The notes below the pieces were generated by a model, which was not told the DNA's origin, did no database searches, and saw only the letters and a program-made list of their open reading frames with translations. A program made the translations under genes and the position numbers. Shown one piece after another: positions 63,147 through 64,000 of a DNA stretch of 64,000 nt. How positions within the stretch are numbered: position 1 is the stretch's first letter; every line of letters begins with the position of its first letter. The stretch comes from Azolla caroliniana (Eukaryota > Plantae > Polypodiophyta), in assembly GCA_043228905.1 (NCBI GenBank), contig JBHGNT010000016.1:18600001-18664000 (forward strand). The letters are read 5' to 3'.

Positions 63147-63803
63147 AGATCCAAAAGACGCATAAAAGCAAAATTTTGTGTTCCGGTTGGATGCAAGATA
63201 TAGAAAAATGGTTTGGTAGATGGGATGCGAGACACTTGCTTCATGATGCATCATTAGATTCCTCTGTAAATGAGGCATTTTTGCAACGCCAATGTATCAT
63301 GACATGGGACAAATGTGGAGGCTCACGCTTCACACATTATACTACACATGTTGCACCTAACTACAAAACCATATTCTTCGCGGAAAGGGGAAATCGTACA
63401 CATCCATACATGTTAGAGCCCATACCGTTATCTGCCATTCGAACCATTGCTTCCATGCGACTTAGCTCACATGCATTGCGATGTGAAACAGGGCGTTGGG
63501 GTACAAGTGATGAGAGTGGTCGGCTATGCACACTTTGCCCTAAACAAGTTCGCGAGTCTGAGTATCACACTTTGATACAATGCTCTGCCTTTGATCATAT
63601 TCGACCATGCTTTCCACATCTCTTCGATCGAGCCCAATCTTTGCATGAATTCCTCTCACAACCACAATGTGCACTCTCGATTGCAACATTCATTGGTAAA
63701 GTTCTTGAACATCGAGAGTCACTACTCACTTTCACACGTATCACGTGAAATGTAATATTTTTGGTCTCATAGGTCATATTTGATCTCCGAAGACGATAAT
63801 ATA

Positions 63804-63832
<29 letters not shown>
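63144..63832 (+). mobile_element. 5'-truncated non-LTR retrotransposon (RTEX-like ORF2 C-terminus) with (TATC)n tail
   Basis: Open 190-aa frame with MRLSSHALRCETGRW..RLCTLC..ESEYHTLIQCSAF; tetranucleotide tail; candidate TSD TCTCAT. Confidence 0.75.
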
Positions 63833-63835
<3 letters not shown>

Positions 63836-63863
63836 CATCCTCCTTTGTAACCATCCTGAAACC

Positions 63864-64000
63864 ATGGCTGCCATTAACTCAGAAGAATATCTCACCCTTG
63901 TGGCAGAAATGGAGAACCTTAAATCCAAGTTCGCATCTCTTGAAGTAGAGAATCAACATCTACTTGGGGATCTACAAAAGGTTACTATAGAGAAGCAACA
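63864..64000 (+). CDS. gag: Gag N-terminus of chromovirus L (partial)
   Basis: MAAINSEEYLTLVAEMENLKSKFASLEVENQHLLGDLQ aligns to MATVSAEEYQ..LKEKFHALEQENQRLLGDLQ. Confidence 0.85.
   Translation, partial: MAAINSEEYLTLVAEMENLKSKFASLEVENQHLLGDLQKVTIEKQ

Larger units (their letters stand above)
62623..64000 (+). mobile_element. Chromovirus L: 5' LTR, PBS, leader, gag start (runs off the window)
   Basis: LTR 62623-63070 TGTCA..TGACA; PBS TTGATTCGAATT 63073-63084, complementary to 62906-62917. Confidence 0.88.

Overview
Eukaryotic plant DNA, most likely a non-seed plant such as a fern (inferred from the TE lineages). The only host gene is coding exon 1 of RNase H2 subunit A (1133-1208, minus). The rest is mostly a deeply nested retrotransposon cluster. 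It holds two very young, intact chromodomain Ty3/Gypsy elements (4029-9678 and 38755-44531, Tcn1-like, with near-identical LTRs and 5-bp TSDs) and four older relatives. It also holds several decayed Ty1/Copia elements, decayed non-chromovirus Ty3/Gypsy elements, solo LTRs and two LINE 3' ends. The most striking signal is a cis-module conserved across divergent chromovirus copies: (i) an antisense tRNA-like A/B-box (Pol III/TFIIIC) cassette at the LTR 5' end, also present in an unrelated Gypsy lineage; (ii) a perfect heat-shock-element array before the TATA box; (iii) a tRNA-independent self-primer/PBS pair with compensatory changes across three families; (iv) a G_UUA_AAC -1 frameshift signal with a stem/pseudoknot. 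All coordinates and alignments were read by eye; boundaries of decayed elements are approximate.
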